Positions 42,101 to 55,319 of a DNA stretch of 64,000 nucleotides are shown piece after piece. The translations under genes were made by a program, and so were the position numbers. How positions within the stretch are numbered: position 1 is the first letter of the stretch; each line of letters starts with the position of its first letter. This DNA is from Balanoglossus misakiensis (lineage: Eukaryota; Animalia; Hemichordata), in the NCBI GenBank assembly GCA_040954595.2, contig CM082580.2, forward strand, positions 8,596,390 through 8,660,389, in the 5' to 3' direction. The notes under the pieces were generated by a model, which worked only from the letters and a program-made list of their open reading frames with translations, had not been told where the DNA came from and ran no database searches.

Positions 42101-45100
42101 GTGGCTGGTGTTGATACATGTCTGGCTGCCCTGGAGGTCCTTGTGGACGAGGGTACCTGGGTCCAGAGCCAGGTGGATGCATCTGTGAAACATATTCACG
42201 GTATTGCGTTACGAGGGATTAACTGAAAGTACTGTGAAACACTTTGATTTAGAGGCATACCAAAGAACCTACACTTACCTGTTGGTCTGGACGGTGCATT
42301 CTTTGAGGTCCCCCTTCCCCCGGATAGGGACCCCTCTGTTGATGGGGAGGAGGTCCCCTCTGGTGCATGGGCCCCTGATTCGGACCTCCCGGGTACGGTG
42401 GCCTTTCCCCAGGGTAGTGCGGCCGAGCTCCTGGGAACGGTGGGCGCTGCTGCGGATGGTGTGGGAATCCTTGTGGATTCGGTGGTCTCGATCCGGCCAT
42501 CAAGGGTCTTATCCCGCGTGGGGGCGAAATCTGACCGTATGGAGGTGATGACATCGGAGATGGTGTGTTATACTGGGGAGGATCTGGAAATATCAAAATG
42601 TTTATGATTATCATTCTGGAAAGGTACATGACAGGAACAATTCTAAAATTTAGTAAGAAGGAAATATTTTTTGTTTGCTTGAAAATGAAGTGCACGATCT
42701 CGCAATTTCATTCTATCATATGGCTGAATGAGAAACATCAGTTAGACAAGAATATTAAAGACTTACTGGCTTGTGATCTTGGTCCACCCTGTGGGTAGGG
42801 CTGCTGCGGTGCATGGTGCCTTGGTCCAGGGCCCCATGCTTCTGAACCAGGTGGCTTGTAATCGTATGGCCCAGAGTGCTGGTGAAACAGAGAAAATCAA
42901 AACAGGGACAGCATTTGAAAAATATTCCAGAATGGTAAAAAAATATGTTCAAATTCATACTACTGTAAGCAGACATATCTGTGGACATACCTGTGATGTT
43001 GGAGGTTGGTAGTTTGGATTCATGTGATCTGGTTGCTGACTCTGGTATGGCTGACCTGGCTCCACACGAGTCACTCCGTCTTTATCCCATCGTATTGGTA
43101 CTGTCAAGTAAAAAAAATACAGCATTTAAAACCAACCACGAAGGACAAGTTTAAGAGGCCATAAATATATATCTTATATACATTGTTTTATATTAGAGTT
43201 GGGTATTCTGAAAACGAATGCTTGATTTTTCAACTTAATCTGGTATCAGTACCAGCAGTGTGGATAAAGACAGGCGGGCAGCAATCAGTGTGATAGTGCA
43301 CAACAATTCAAGAATTTTACTTTGCCCTTGCATGTACCTTCCGGTCGAACGGTGACCGTTCCCTTGAAGTGCGGATTGATGTGTATCTTCTTAGGTGCGT
43401 TGGGGTCTCGTCCCGGACCAGGCCCCAGCGGCATTCCCGGCCTGGGCAGCGCCATCTGCATCGGCCTTGGCTGCATGCCCATGGGTCTCATCTGCATACC
43501 CATCGGTCTTTGCTGCTGCATACCCATCATGCGTGGGTGCTGCCCTGGCATCCCCATGGGCCTGGGTGGGTACCCGCCCATGGGTCTCTGCATGCCCATG
43601 CCCATGCCCATGCCCCTCCCCGGGAACCTCTGCTGTGGGTGATTGTTTCTGTTCTTCTGCATTTTCTTCTGTTTCTGCCTCTGGTCAAATTCGTCTATGG
43701 TGGCCTGGACCTCAGCGCTCACCTCTGTAACAGATACAATAGCAACAACAAATGGCTAAATCAGTGGATGGGCTTAGTTTCATACATGAGTATACTGCCA
43801 GTTACACATCAAATGTAAAATTACGGAAGGGACAATTTTGAAGTAGCAATCTGAAACAAAATCAAAGACTGAGACTTTAACATCAGTTGAATTTTAAAAG
43901 AATTACGACAACTGATAGGACACCTTTGAAAGATAGTCAGCAAGCACTCACCCAAAGTGTCAGGAATCTCTCGATTTTTATCAACCCTCTTAGTTGATAC
44001 AACCACATTCTCCGTCTTTCTCTCCGACCTGAACCTTGCCCTTGTGTCATCTTCATCCTCACTCTCGCTGCTTTCTAAGAGTGTATCATCAAACTCTTCA
44101 GTGTCTTCACCAACATTTTCCTCTCCTGTCTCAAGGTCCACCTCGGCTTCTGGCTCCTGCGAAACGCAAATTACAACAATTCCATATTGACTTTCACAGA
44201 ACATTACACACATACAATTTAATTAATACTGTGAAAAGTTGTAATGCAAATTTGCAAGTAAGACGCGGATAAGTTGAGCAAACCTACCTCTTGGGTGCTT
44301 GGGTCCGTTTCAACTGGATCTTGACTTTGTGTGAGCTGTCCCTGTGATTGACTGTCATCCGCAGTTCCTTCTGCAGTAGAGTCCAGCGGTTGGCTGTAAC
44401 CGTCATCCTGCGTGTGAAACTCCTCTTCGAACCCGTCATCGAACGTGTCATCGGTCACATCGATGTCCAGCACCGGGACATCGTCTTGCAGATCATCTCC
44501 ACCTTGAAGACTGATATCGACTCCTTCTTCAGTGATGTCATTCTCTCTGAAACATAAGTGAAAAGAGTCAGTGTTTTTACCCAGGTAAATGTTACAAGGG
44601 ATCCTGTGTGATCTTGTATTACCCTTGGTATATCAATCCAGTCACATAGACTGGGCTATGGGCAAAAAAACTAGCCCAGCCTAGCGCCTAGCCCCACCAG
44701 GTTAATGGAAGTGTTAAAGCCAAGTTATTTGCCAGTCTGAAGGCTAGTCCAAGAAAACCAAAGACTAGTCTGGTCATAAGAACTGCCAGCCCATGAGGTA
44801 CCGTAAGACAAATGGACTGCTATCTGTTAATACCTGAACTCATCACCAGCATCTTGAAATTGATCTACTTGGGAGTCATCTTTGGCAGTAGTTATCTCCT
44901 CCTCCACATCACTTGTCCCGAGTAAAGCATCTTCATCAAGTTCGTCCTCTGAAAGGTCTTGTTTTAACTGTTTGACAACCAGAGACAAATACACAGTCAT
45001 AAACTAATGCAAAAATGCACAGGGAAATCATCAACGGAATTAACATTACACCAGGGATATTTAGATGCTAGTTATCTGTGTATGCTACATGTATATTGTC

Positions 45101-45401
45101 TATTTCACTTACACCAAGACAATAACAAACATGTATCACTGTTCTGTATTTATGTGAGTAAAAAGAAACCATACCTTTTTATTATGAAAGGGTTCATCAC
45201 TCAGCAGATCGTCATCACTGTCCCATGATGACTCGGTGGGTCTCTTTCTGTTGTATGCTTTGTCATCGTCACTTAGGTCAAATTCATCTGTGTGATGACA
45301 AAAAGGTCAAAATCAACACATTGCAAGGATTAACAAACTCATTGCCCCTTTTAAACCGCAAATGATTCATAATAGCCAACCATACCTTCGAAATCCGACA
45401 T
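39123..45401 (-). CDS. RBM33: RNA-binding protein 33 orthologue (acidic N-terminus, P/Q-rich low-complexity middle, coiled coil, C-terminal RRM)
   Basis: About 15 exons, from MSDFE (45386-45401) to RHMIDLSHISVTIMQV* (stop 39123-25). Diagnostic motifs WDSDDDLL..DLSEDEL, RARFRSER, KKIHINPHFKG and KALARFTKPEHALAFQKRYHRHMIDLSHI match vertebrate RBM33 as I recall it. Confidence 0.9.
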
Positions 45402-46036
45402 ATCTTCAGTACTGCATTAGTAAATTCTTAGCTTTCTTCGGTTTTCATGCAAACGAAGTTATTTATTATTATTTCTCTCGTTCGTCGATGACAACCCACG
45501 CCAACAAATTTGCAAAGACACACAAGATGGCGGCCCCCTGTAAAGTCAGAGAAGACGAGGACAATGGTAACAATTTTCACATAATCGTCGTTGGAATTAT
45601 ATAGCTTATCAATTTCAAATTTAATCTAATTTTACTATTACCCTAACAAAAGCAAACTTTGGTGGAAAAATAACCTTCATTTCTTGAAGAACAGCCGCAT
45701 TATTTACCCTTTAAAAAGTCGTTGTTTGCAACGAGGCTCTCAGTCGCATGGTGGCGCTAACACTTGACCTATGACCTGAAGGCCTGATGATCAACCGAAC
45801 AATAACATGCTTACTTGATCGATCATATGAACTGGCTTGAAAAGAAAGGCAGAAACGACAGCAGAAACATGGTTCTCTAACGCAGCATTCACGGCACGAC
45901 TCCCGCTTCAAAGGAAATCCATTTTGAAACTCACCGATCCTCAAAAACAACTGCGATCGTACAAGTTACAGGCGGGACAACACTCAACACAGGTTGATCT
46001 CTTGATGCATGATCTGTGATTGGGACTAAACCCACA
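45402..46036. promoter_or_regulatory. Bidirectional promoter between RBM33 and MED24
   Basis: Divergent ATGs about 635 bp apart, locally CpG-rich. Canonical YY1 motif CAAGATGGCGGC at 45523-45534 and a perfect DR1 TGACCTATGACCT at 45765-45777. Confidence 0.75.
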
Positions 46037-46575
46037 ATGGAAATTATTAAGCAAAAACAGATGGTCCTAAAGTCGCTGCTGCTGAAAGCGTGGAGGGAGA
46101 GATGGAGTGACGTCCAATGGAGCGCAAAAGTCAAAGGTGTTCTCCAAAAGGGAACATCTGGTGATGTTTATAACTTGGCAGGTAACGAGAGTTCCAATTC
46201 ATGTACATTTCATGCAATCTTTACTAAGTCACTGTGGCAGTCTTGGTACAGTAGGGGATAAAAATTCATTTCTACTACATGTACATTGTACTGCAAAACA
46301 TGTATATACACACAGAGACTCTTAATTTAATTACCATAAGACGCAGGTAAGCCTATGCAAGTGGTGTGTACATGTTGATTAGAAAAATTATGATTCTTAA
46401 TTTTAAATGTAGTTTACATTGTATAAACATTTTTTTAACAGAAATGTTGCTTAGTCAAGCTCTCATTGGACCAAGCCCGAACACTCTGATCTTGTCTTAC
46501 CTAAAACACGCCATCAGCTCACAGGTAAATACAAATCCATGCTTCAGTACATGCACATTGAAACAGCTTGCTGTG

Positions 46576-46620
<45 letters not shown>

Positions 46621-49600
46621 CCCCATTCCCAAGAGTACATAAACATATAACTGCATCGTACACAGGTTGTGTCCTACGCTGCAGTGCTGACAGCCATGGT
46701 GAGGTACGAGGATCTCTTCACAAGCCGGCCATACTGCATGAGAAGTTTACTGGACCTTCTGGTCAGCTGTGCCCACAAGATCAGGTAATTGTGCACGTCC
46801 ACGTCCTTGGCTTGACTTCCTGAACATGTATGTGCAAGTGTGGATGTATGTCTTTGTCATAACACAGCATGTTCCATAACGTATTAACCGTTCAGTGTTT
46901 GCAAGTTAGATTTAGTGAGAACATAAGGTCCAGCTGGTTTTGATTTGTGTGTCGATCTGTTTAGGTTTGAAAAGCAGCCAATCGGAGTTTCACAGAAGGA
47001 ATAATTCAGATCACATGCCTTTTTTTGAACTCCCAAATCTGATGTCCAGTCAAGTATTTTGACTGTCATTTTAGAGAAAATGCATAATTTGCTGATGAAC
47101 AGATGGCCTATCAAACATTAGGCAGATACACATGGTATGAACCAGCTATTCTAATGAGTGTCAATGCATGTGGGTGTGTAGACCTTTCAGTAGAGTTTCA
47201 ACATAACCTGTTAAAATCAATACTTTTGAGGTCATCTCAGGACATGCATCATCGCCCCATCATGCACTCATTCATTTTGCTTACACATGTCGCTTATGTT
47301 CATGACATTCAATAGTCAACCGTTTGCTTCATTTACATGTATACTATGTGAACAGATTCAACTGAAGACTGTGTTTTCCATATAAAGTTGGTTATGCCCA
47401 CACATTGGCCAAATTGAAGTAGACAACCATTCCATGAGTTTGTTCATTAAAAATCACACACACACACACACAAAACCTAAAAGTTGCATGATGATGTCTT
47501 TATGTCCAGAGATCTCCTCACCATCTTTGTGTGCATTAATCCAGGCATTTGCTTTCTGATGCAGGAGTTTTGAGATACCTGATTCTAGCCAGCATCTGAC
47601 ACAATGGCTCCTTGGAAGGTGGGGTTGATAGTTCTTAATATTCAACTGATCTGCAAGATATTAAAAAAAAAAATCCGAAGAAATTACATGCTTGGGATGT
47701 AGTCTTCGTGAGGTTCTTGCTTGTATCGTCTTAACTGATACTGGCTTAGTACCAAAGTCAACTCCATGACAACATCATTGTTTTCTGCAATACACACTGA
47801 ATGCAAACTGGCATTTCGCATTCAGTCGCATCAGAAAAAGTCATCAGTAAATCAGTCATCAGAAAAAAAAGTGCCTGTGGTTTATAAGGCAGAAGAGTTA
47901 TTATTCAGGGAGGGAAAGGGAGGGAAAATATACTTTTCCACTGTAATTTCTGATAGGCTGAAAATCAGTGATTTCTCCACTAAAGCCCCCCCCCCCCCTA
48001 AAAACAACATTACCCCTGGTATATCAAATGAAATTAAGTAAAGTCACAATTCAGAACAAAAGTATTCAAAGTCAAACATAACATGTTGAAGGATAATTTC
48101 TCTGTTTTTCGTAAGTTACCTTGTCATGAGTACATTTACCAAAATTAATGGGAATGGTATCTCAAAGCTCATATTTTATTTCTAATTCATGCAAGTCAAC
48201 AGATTAACAATTACCACACATTCCCTGCTTTCTTCCACTGATCATTGACCTTCAAACATGAACATTTAGTAAATCAACTTTTTTGATCTGTTTCTCTACC
48301 TGTTTCTCCTACTAAGCGTGTTTCATTTCTCACAAAAATCTTTTATGAGTGTTTCTATGTATGAGAGTAAATATAGAAGGTGAATTTGGTTTGGTTTGTG
48401 TCTTGTGTGTGTGTGGGTGAGATCCCAGTTGTGGTTTACTGCTGTGGATTGTTTGGCATTATTTTGATATTAAACCTTCCCTCTTTAGCAGTTCAACCCT
48501 ACATGTACCATAGAAAACAGAGGGTTTGGACTGAACCATGGTGGTTAAAAGGTTAAAGCATTAATGGTTAGAATGCAATGTGTATGTGGCATGCCAGTGT
48601 ATTTTTCGAATGGGAAATCAAGGCAAGGTTTCATCCTGTCTTATTTCCTATTGGCTGTTCGTATGGTGTTAAGCCATCTGATTGGCTGGGCTTGACAAAT
48701 CAAGTGTTATAATATGATAATTATTACATCAGCATCTTTATCATAAGGGATAGCACATCTCTGTCACAAAGAAATGATATTGACAATGATCATTTGACCT
48801 CCAAGCCATTTTCCTTCAAATGAAAGGTGAATCCCTTTACAAAAATACATTATCTATCATTATGATGTTTTCATCCACTCTCTGTGCATCCTTTCTCATA
48901 CGTAGTTGCCACGGAAATGCCGAGGAATGTTTGATTCTGTGCCAGTCGTTGCTGACAGCAGTGCACTGGCTTCTCAGAGGCATTTTGCATGCGTTTGAGA
49001 AACAGCGGGAGATCAAGGAGACGATTGTGATCGCCAAGAACATCGAGATGTGCAGTGAAGTGCTGAAGCGACTGTGTGAAGCCAAGCACACCAGGGGCTT
49101 GCTGTATATCGGCAGACTAGAAGACGAAAGTACGTGTTGTGGCCACTTTTAAAGCGTTTTTTCTTCAAATTTTATAAGTGTCGGCTTGAAAACATCTTAG
49201 TAGGCTTTTTAATCAAGAAGTTTTATTGTATTATTCAGAAAGCTAATCAAATGCTTTTTTACTTGGAATCTTCACTGAGCAACTGTATGCTGTTCAGAGT
49301 ATCTGTGAAGCTTGAGATCAGTGGCGATATTTTGAGTAATCTAATATGATAATATGGCTTCAATACTAATACAAGTATGAGGTATAGTTGTTTCGTATGA
49401 AATGTTGTTTTTCTCAGATGTATGGGAGGGTATAGATCAGGTAATCACCAGTATAAGGAATACGCTGATCAACCAACAACAGCAATCAATCTTTGCCAAG
49501 GAACTGCGAGATAAAGTCGACCGATATCTGCTGGAAATTCAGAAGTGAGTGTTATATTTTGGGCTTTGAAAATCCAGAAATCAGGAGACTTAAATCAGAC

Positions 49601-52600
49601 ACGTGATTATACTTGTCTCTTTGAGTTGAGTTGGTTTCTTGTCATGTCAACTTGATTCGTCATTGACTTGTTGTCCCATCTTCGGACTACGCTGGATTGT
49701 TTTCATTTCTTTTGATTCCCCCGCCCCCCACTTCTCTTCTAGGTTACAAAACCAGCCGGTCACCCCGATGTCCGTCGGTCAGTTTGGCATCAAGACAACC
49801 TGCCCCACGATCAACGTCATGACATACATGGAAGCCATCCTCAACATCACCATTGACATACAGCCGTTTGTTGACCAGTTAGTTCTCGTGGAAACTATAC
49901 AGGTATGTTGAGATGGAATACAAATCACCGCTAATTTACATATGCCCATATATGGTTCATGAAATCGTGTTTTTGCCGGGTTGCTCATGTCTATGTTAAT
50001 GCCTCTGTCTTCTTCCTTTTCCCGTTTATCCCTCACAGAAACTTCACAGATCAACAGTGTATCTTGAATTGATGAGGGCCAGTCTGATCGGAACAGTCGA
50101 CTCCGCCGGCGGTAACGACGAACTTAAGTGGGCTTCATTTACTTATCTTAAGGTGAGTCAATGACAACTGTTTCATTTGCTTATCTTAATGTGAGTCAAT
50201 GACAAAGTGTCATTTACTGATCTCGGGGTGAGTCAATGACATGTTTCATTCACTTATTTCAAGGTGAGTCAATGGCATGTTTCATTCGCTTATCTCAAGG
50301 TAAGACGATGACAAAAGGTTTCATTTACCAATCTGAAGGTGGGTCAATGACAAGTTTCATTAACTCACCCCAAGATGAATCAATGACTAAGGTTTCATTT
50401 ACTGGTCTCGAGGTAAGTTTACAAGACTTTTTCTTTCGCTGATTTTAGGGTAAGTCAATGTCAATGTAGAAGATCATCAGTTACAGATAATAGCCAGTCA
50501 CTAGTCAGTTCAACTTTGTGAGAATGGAAAAACTGAGTTGAAAACCCGTAGTAATGTGCGTCATTGTGCAAATTTTATGTTTTTTTGTTTTCTTGTCCAC
50601 ATGTATTATTGGTTAAGGCTTCCTTTGACTGGTAAGGTTTTATCCATACACGTGTTGTATTTTTTACTGAGTATACAGGCCTTCCTGAATCATTACTTTA
50701 TGGGGATATCTTCCTGATTTTTCGTTGATATTTTAAGTGCTTGAATAAAATTGAAGCTAAATGGAAGACTGTTAGTGAAACGGTTGAAATTATTCCATCT
50801 GTAGGTTCCACAGATTCTGCTGCGTCTGAAGTCTATCCCTCCATCGGACGGCACCATGCAAGACAACAGCGAGACGTTGAATCAGTCGTTGGAACAGTTA
50901 CTGAAGTTTCTGCCACTCCTTGATGCTGCCGACACTAAATGCAAGTAAGTGGAGTGAAGGGAGGGAATTTGAGTCTCACTAGAGGGCGCTTCCCTCCAAC
51001 GAAAGGACCATCTTGCAAGAAAATGAAATATTTGACTCGTATGATTGCGACTGAACACATGAAAACCTGTTCACCTGAAACAGAGATTGTCTGCTTTTCT
51101 CTGTAGCTGTGATTGCATGCAGTATTTGCTGCAAGAATTCAACAAGTATGGACTGCTGAGTGAAATGCAGGTCAGCAATATACTGCAGAGGAGGTGAGTG
51201 ATCAGTGTACAGCCAGAGCAATTCTGTGTCTAGAAGGTTTACAGCATATCAACATATCTGAGAAGAGTATAGAGTATGGAGTTTGTTGATTGCCTCTTTT
51301 CAAAGTTACATTTAATCACTGATTGTAAAAGATACCGACAGACAACACATCAGCTTCAGTCGACACACAAAACAGAGGTTCAGTGTGATTCTGTTGCTAT
51401 TTTTGTACAGGGCTGCAGAAACCCAGAGAGTCAAAAATTCTGACGTTCCACCAACACAGCCCAATGCCAGCCTGATTCTTAGGGCAGAGCCAACTGTCAC
51501 AAATATATTGAAGGTGAGTTTTTCCATGAACACATCTCACTGACTGAAAGAGGACACATCACCAAACATGATTTTCTGTGCCTCTTGATTTTCTTCTGAA
51601 ATGGCGTAAGGGAATAATTAGAATATTTGATTATTGTCTTTTTCGCCCACTTGTGCAGACATTGGACGCCGACTATTCCAAGAGTCAGGAGGCTCTGCTG
51701 GGGGTACTTGGTCACATGATGTCAGGCAAAAGTTTTGAACTGATCCTGGCTGCTGCAGCAGCCACCGGAAAGCTGAAAAAGTTTGCTGGAAAACTTATCA
51801 AGTGAGTGAAAGTTAAATCACAAAGAAAATCATTGTCATGTTCTTGTGCGAATATTAAATGGTAATCCAGCTTGTTATAATTGTCCAGACGGTGATATGA
51901 TTTACTTAACAGTGTCTGCTTGTATGTCTTGTACGTTTTGTTGGACAGGTTCAATGAGTTTGCCAAACAGACAAGTGGTGAGGGAAGCAAGGCGTCCTAC
52001 ACAAGAGCGCTACTCTATGATATTTCCTTCCTGATGTTGTGTCACATCGCACAGCTGTATGGGGTGGAGGTGAGATGCAAAACCTAAATCTGCTTTCATA
52101 AGTCACACAAAATGATGATCATCTATGGTATCATATCTTATAGGATTACTGTACTGTAGTGTATTCAACCATACTGTTCTGTAACTATTACCGTATGTCT
52201 CGTGTAGATGGTGACAGCCAATGGTGGGGACTCTTTCTTTGAGAACTGGGCAACACAGTGTCTACCCGATGACAACGGCGCCAAGCCGTTGGAGCTAGCC
52301 TTGAAACCCGAACAGAGCAAAGTGGACCATTGGTTGACGGTTATCAACACCGGTGCTGAGATGAAGACCAGGTAAGCGTTTGATTAAAAAGTAGTAACAT
52401 TACTGTTTCATTCAGTTTTCATCATGAGATTTTTTCAGGTCATCTGAGCGACTAGAAAACATTAACAAAATGTTTTTTATTTCCAGTCTAACCAAGTGGC
52501 ACGAGATGTGCATTCATATGCCGTACACGATGCAAGAAGTGTTGAATGCTTGGGAACATGCAGCTATCACCAAAGACCATGTACAGGTATGTATTGATAG

Positions 52601-55319
52601 GCCCACTCAGATCACATGCACAGACAGTCTCGCATATGTGGATGTAACGATTGTTTACAATATTATGTTGCAGAACACTGTTCTAGAATGGTCAAAAATT
52701 GATGGTGGAGACATAAGTATTTGTACAAAATACATCCATTAACATTTAAAAAGGTGATCTCTGTGATCAGATTGTTATAGAATCAGTGCGATTAAAGTAT
52801 CACCACTGGATGCCTTCGTAGTCATTCAGAAATTGGCCATTAATTAAAATGACGCTTTCTCTCTCTCAAACAGAAAATGGTTGACAATGTCCGCAGCAGA
52901 ATGTGCTGCATCCCCGTGTGCATTGCAGCATGGCTGAGCAGCCACATCAGCGTGTTGGGGGCTTCGGAGCGAGCCAAACCAACCAGCATGCTGCAGATGT
53001 TCATGGTGCCTCTTAGCGGAGAGCCAGTCATGCAGTTTTCAAATGAAAGGTGAGGGGGGGTGTTATGAATCCGTACTGTGGGGATGTCATGGAGATAGTT
53101 GAACATGCTACATGTGTACTGTACATGTACATCCTAATCAATTGGAAACTACTGGCCTGCCTATTTGAATTGCTGCCTCAGTCAGAAGTTCATGAATTTG
53201 AGAGTCTGATAGTTTTTATCCCAAAAATGTCATCTTAATATTTGGGAACTGAAGAGGTCATGTTAAGGTTGGCATGAATGTGGTTTGTAATGCTAATAGA
53301 CCTCTCAGGATTTGCCAACTTTGAAGTTCATACCGGAAGACATGAATTTATTTTCCTTTCACAACAGGAGTATCCTGATGATGAACGTGATCAAGAAGAT
53401 GTGCTCCAGCTCCCTGGACGTGTGGCCGGGCGGGCCGGGCAGCGCTGGCAGCTCCGACGTGGCCTTCACCATCCCCGCCAAGAAACCCACCAAGGAAGTA
53501 CTGAGGGAAGTGTTCAACAAGGTGCTGAAGGCCGGGTGCGTGGACAAGGTGGCGCTGGTGGCCATGGACCAGATCATCAACGTCAGCGGAATCCAGTGGT
53601 TCTGCGAGTCCATTATCAGTGAGCTGTTGTCCCTGAGCAGAAAAGACGACTTGCAGATGGCAGGTGAGTGTATTAGCAGATGTGTCGATGATGATGATGA
53701 CACACTGAAGTCTGTGTTCTTTCATTTAGTTTGGCTGTGTGTATTTCATTGGGGACCAGTTTTGGCAACAACCTGCTGAATAACTTCTCGATTGTTTCAC
53801 CCACAGTTGAAATCATCATCTCCCTCTTTCAAGTGGACATAGAACAGCTGACGCTGGCCTTGATCAGATACGTCCTGACGCAGATCCTGAACGACCCCGG
53901 CCAGTGGCAGAATCTCAGCGATCCTAAGGGGCATGCTCTGGCCACCCTATCTGTGTGGTGCATTGCCGCTGCCCAGACCAGTCAGAACAGCTACAGAGGT
54001 ATGTGTGTATTTTGCAGAACAAAAAAGGAAAGTGGATCTTGAAGTTTAGCCTCATGTTGCCGTGGCAACACGTGATAGTGTTTTGCACCAATTACAGTAG
54101 TTTACATGTAGTTTTATACATCATACAGTTTTCAATGTTTCATGTCTCATTCTTTTTTTTGTAGAAGCAAGATCCAAAGAAAGTGCTTTTAAACCACTCA
54201 GGGGTAGAAAAAGGGGAAGAGGTGACGGGGAGAAAGATGTAAGTTCCAAGTCTCTCAAAACTGCAATGTTTTTCTGCGAGAATTCTGATTAGCATTGTCA
54301 GTTGAATTTTTAGAATGGCTTTTATCGTGCTAACACTTCTCTGCTATTCATCGTACAGGAATCTGGTTTCTGTAAAGAGGAGACCAGACCGTCCAAACTG
54401 AGGAGGTTATTGAGTACAGCAGATGAAGACAACAGTACAGCCACCTTGGCAGGTAATCAAATATTTTCAGTTCTGGTTCAGAGAAGTTGCTGAGTGTTGC
54501 TAAGCTTGCTGATGACTTTCCTGCTAACCAACTGTTTTAAACGTTCCTCTTTAAAGTAACCATGTGCATATCTTATTGAATGTCTTTTCACAGAATTTGC
54601 TGCCAACGGTGGAATTATGATGTTGATGTCACATTCCCAGCAACCCCATGTGATGACGGATCCGTTCAACAGAGCTCTTGGTACGTGTCTTCAAACCTAC
54701 TTGACATTCCATGTAAAAGATGATTCTCCATCCTGCTTTTTAAAAATACTGATCAGCCATCTTCCTTCAAAACAAGTTTCTGACTCTGTACATCTGTCTT
54801 TTCCTTGCAGCATCTCTGTTCCAGTTATTTGCCTCAATCCTCTCCGAGAACACCATCGGCCCCCGCAGCGAGTTTGTCATGTCGTTCGTCAAAGATGCTC
54901 TGCAGTGTGGTGAAGGGGTGTCTCGAAATATCCTGCAGTTCATGCCTGTCAACATGGTGAGTTGAAGACTGAGTATATATAATCGTTCCATGACCATTCA
55001 ACATAAAACCCTGAACATCTCTGACCGTGTACACATAAACTGTGCGAAGACTGTCAGCATTACATCAAAAAAGTCCACATATTGTACATAGCGTGCAGTT
55101 CCAAAAGACCCATGACCTCTGATTGAAGTGGTCTTTCTAATGTATTTCATCGTCTGCATTGGATTCACGGAGTGTCTGTCTATCTTACAGATCTCGCAGC
55201 TGTTCAGGAGCTCGTTGGCGGGCACCTTCCCATCAGACCTCGCGCTAGCCGTCTGCGACCTGGAAGTGCCCGTGGGACGGAAGATTGCCGCCAAGATGCT
55301 GTGTCTGAGCAGGAGATGA
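46037..55319 (+). CDS. MED24: Mediator of RNA polymerase II transcription subunit 24, ~22 exons
   Basis: N-terminus LKSLLLKAWRERWSDVQW; LLSQALIGPSPNTLILSYLKHAISSQ; ELKWASFTYLKVPQIL; LILRAEPTVTNILK; LGHMMSGKSFELILAAAAATGKLK; LSDPKGHALA; C-terminal GRKIAAKML. GT-AG exon chain from 46037 to the TGA at 55317-19. Confidence 0.95.
46575..46620. repeat. (GATT)n microsatellite
   Basis: Direct inspection; MED24 intron 2. Confidence 0.95.
50134..50462 (+). repeat. Minisatellite of ~9 units of 36-39 bp spanning a MED24 exon/intron junction
   Basis: Consensus approximately TTCATTTACTTATCTYAAG|GTGAGTCAATGACAANNGT. Junction positions are 50153 (true donor), 50191, 50228, 50264, 50300, 50339, 50375 (AT instead of GT), 50413 and 50450. 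Confidence 0.9.

Noticed and set aside
39726-43818. Many plus-strand Leu/Cys/Ala-rich ORFs
   Set aside because: Antisense shadows of the CAG/CAA-rich RBM33 exons.
44645-44795. Possible CAT..ATG-ended MITE in an RBM33 intron
   Set aside because: Only 8/10 terminal match and no target-site duplication; too weak to call.
50134-50462. CRISPR-like periodic array of ~37-bp units
   Set aside because: There are no unique spacers; whole units are degenerate copies of the MED24 splice junction. The context is eukaryotic with no cas genes.
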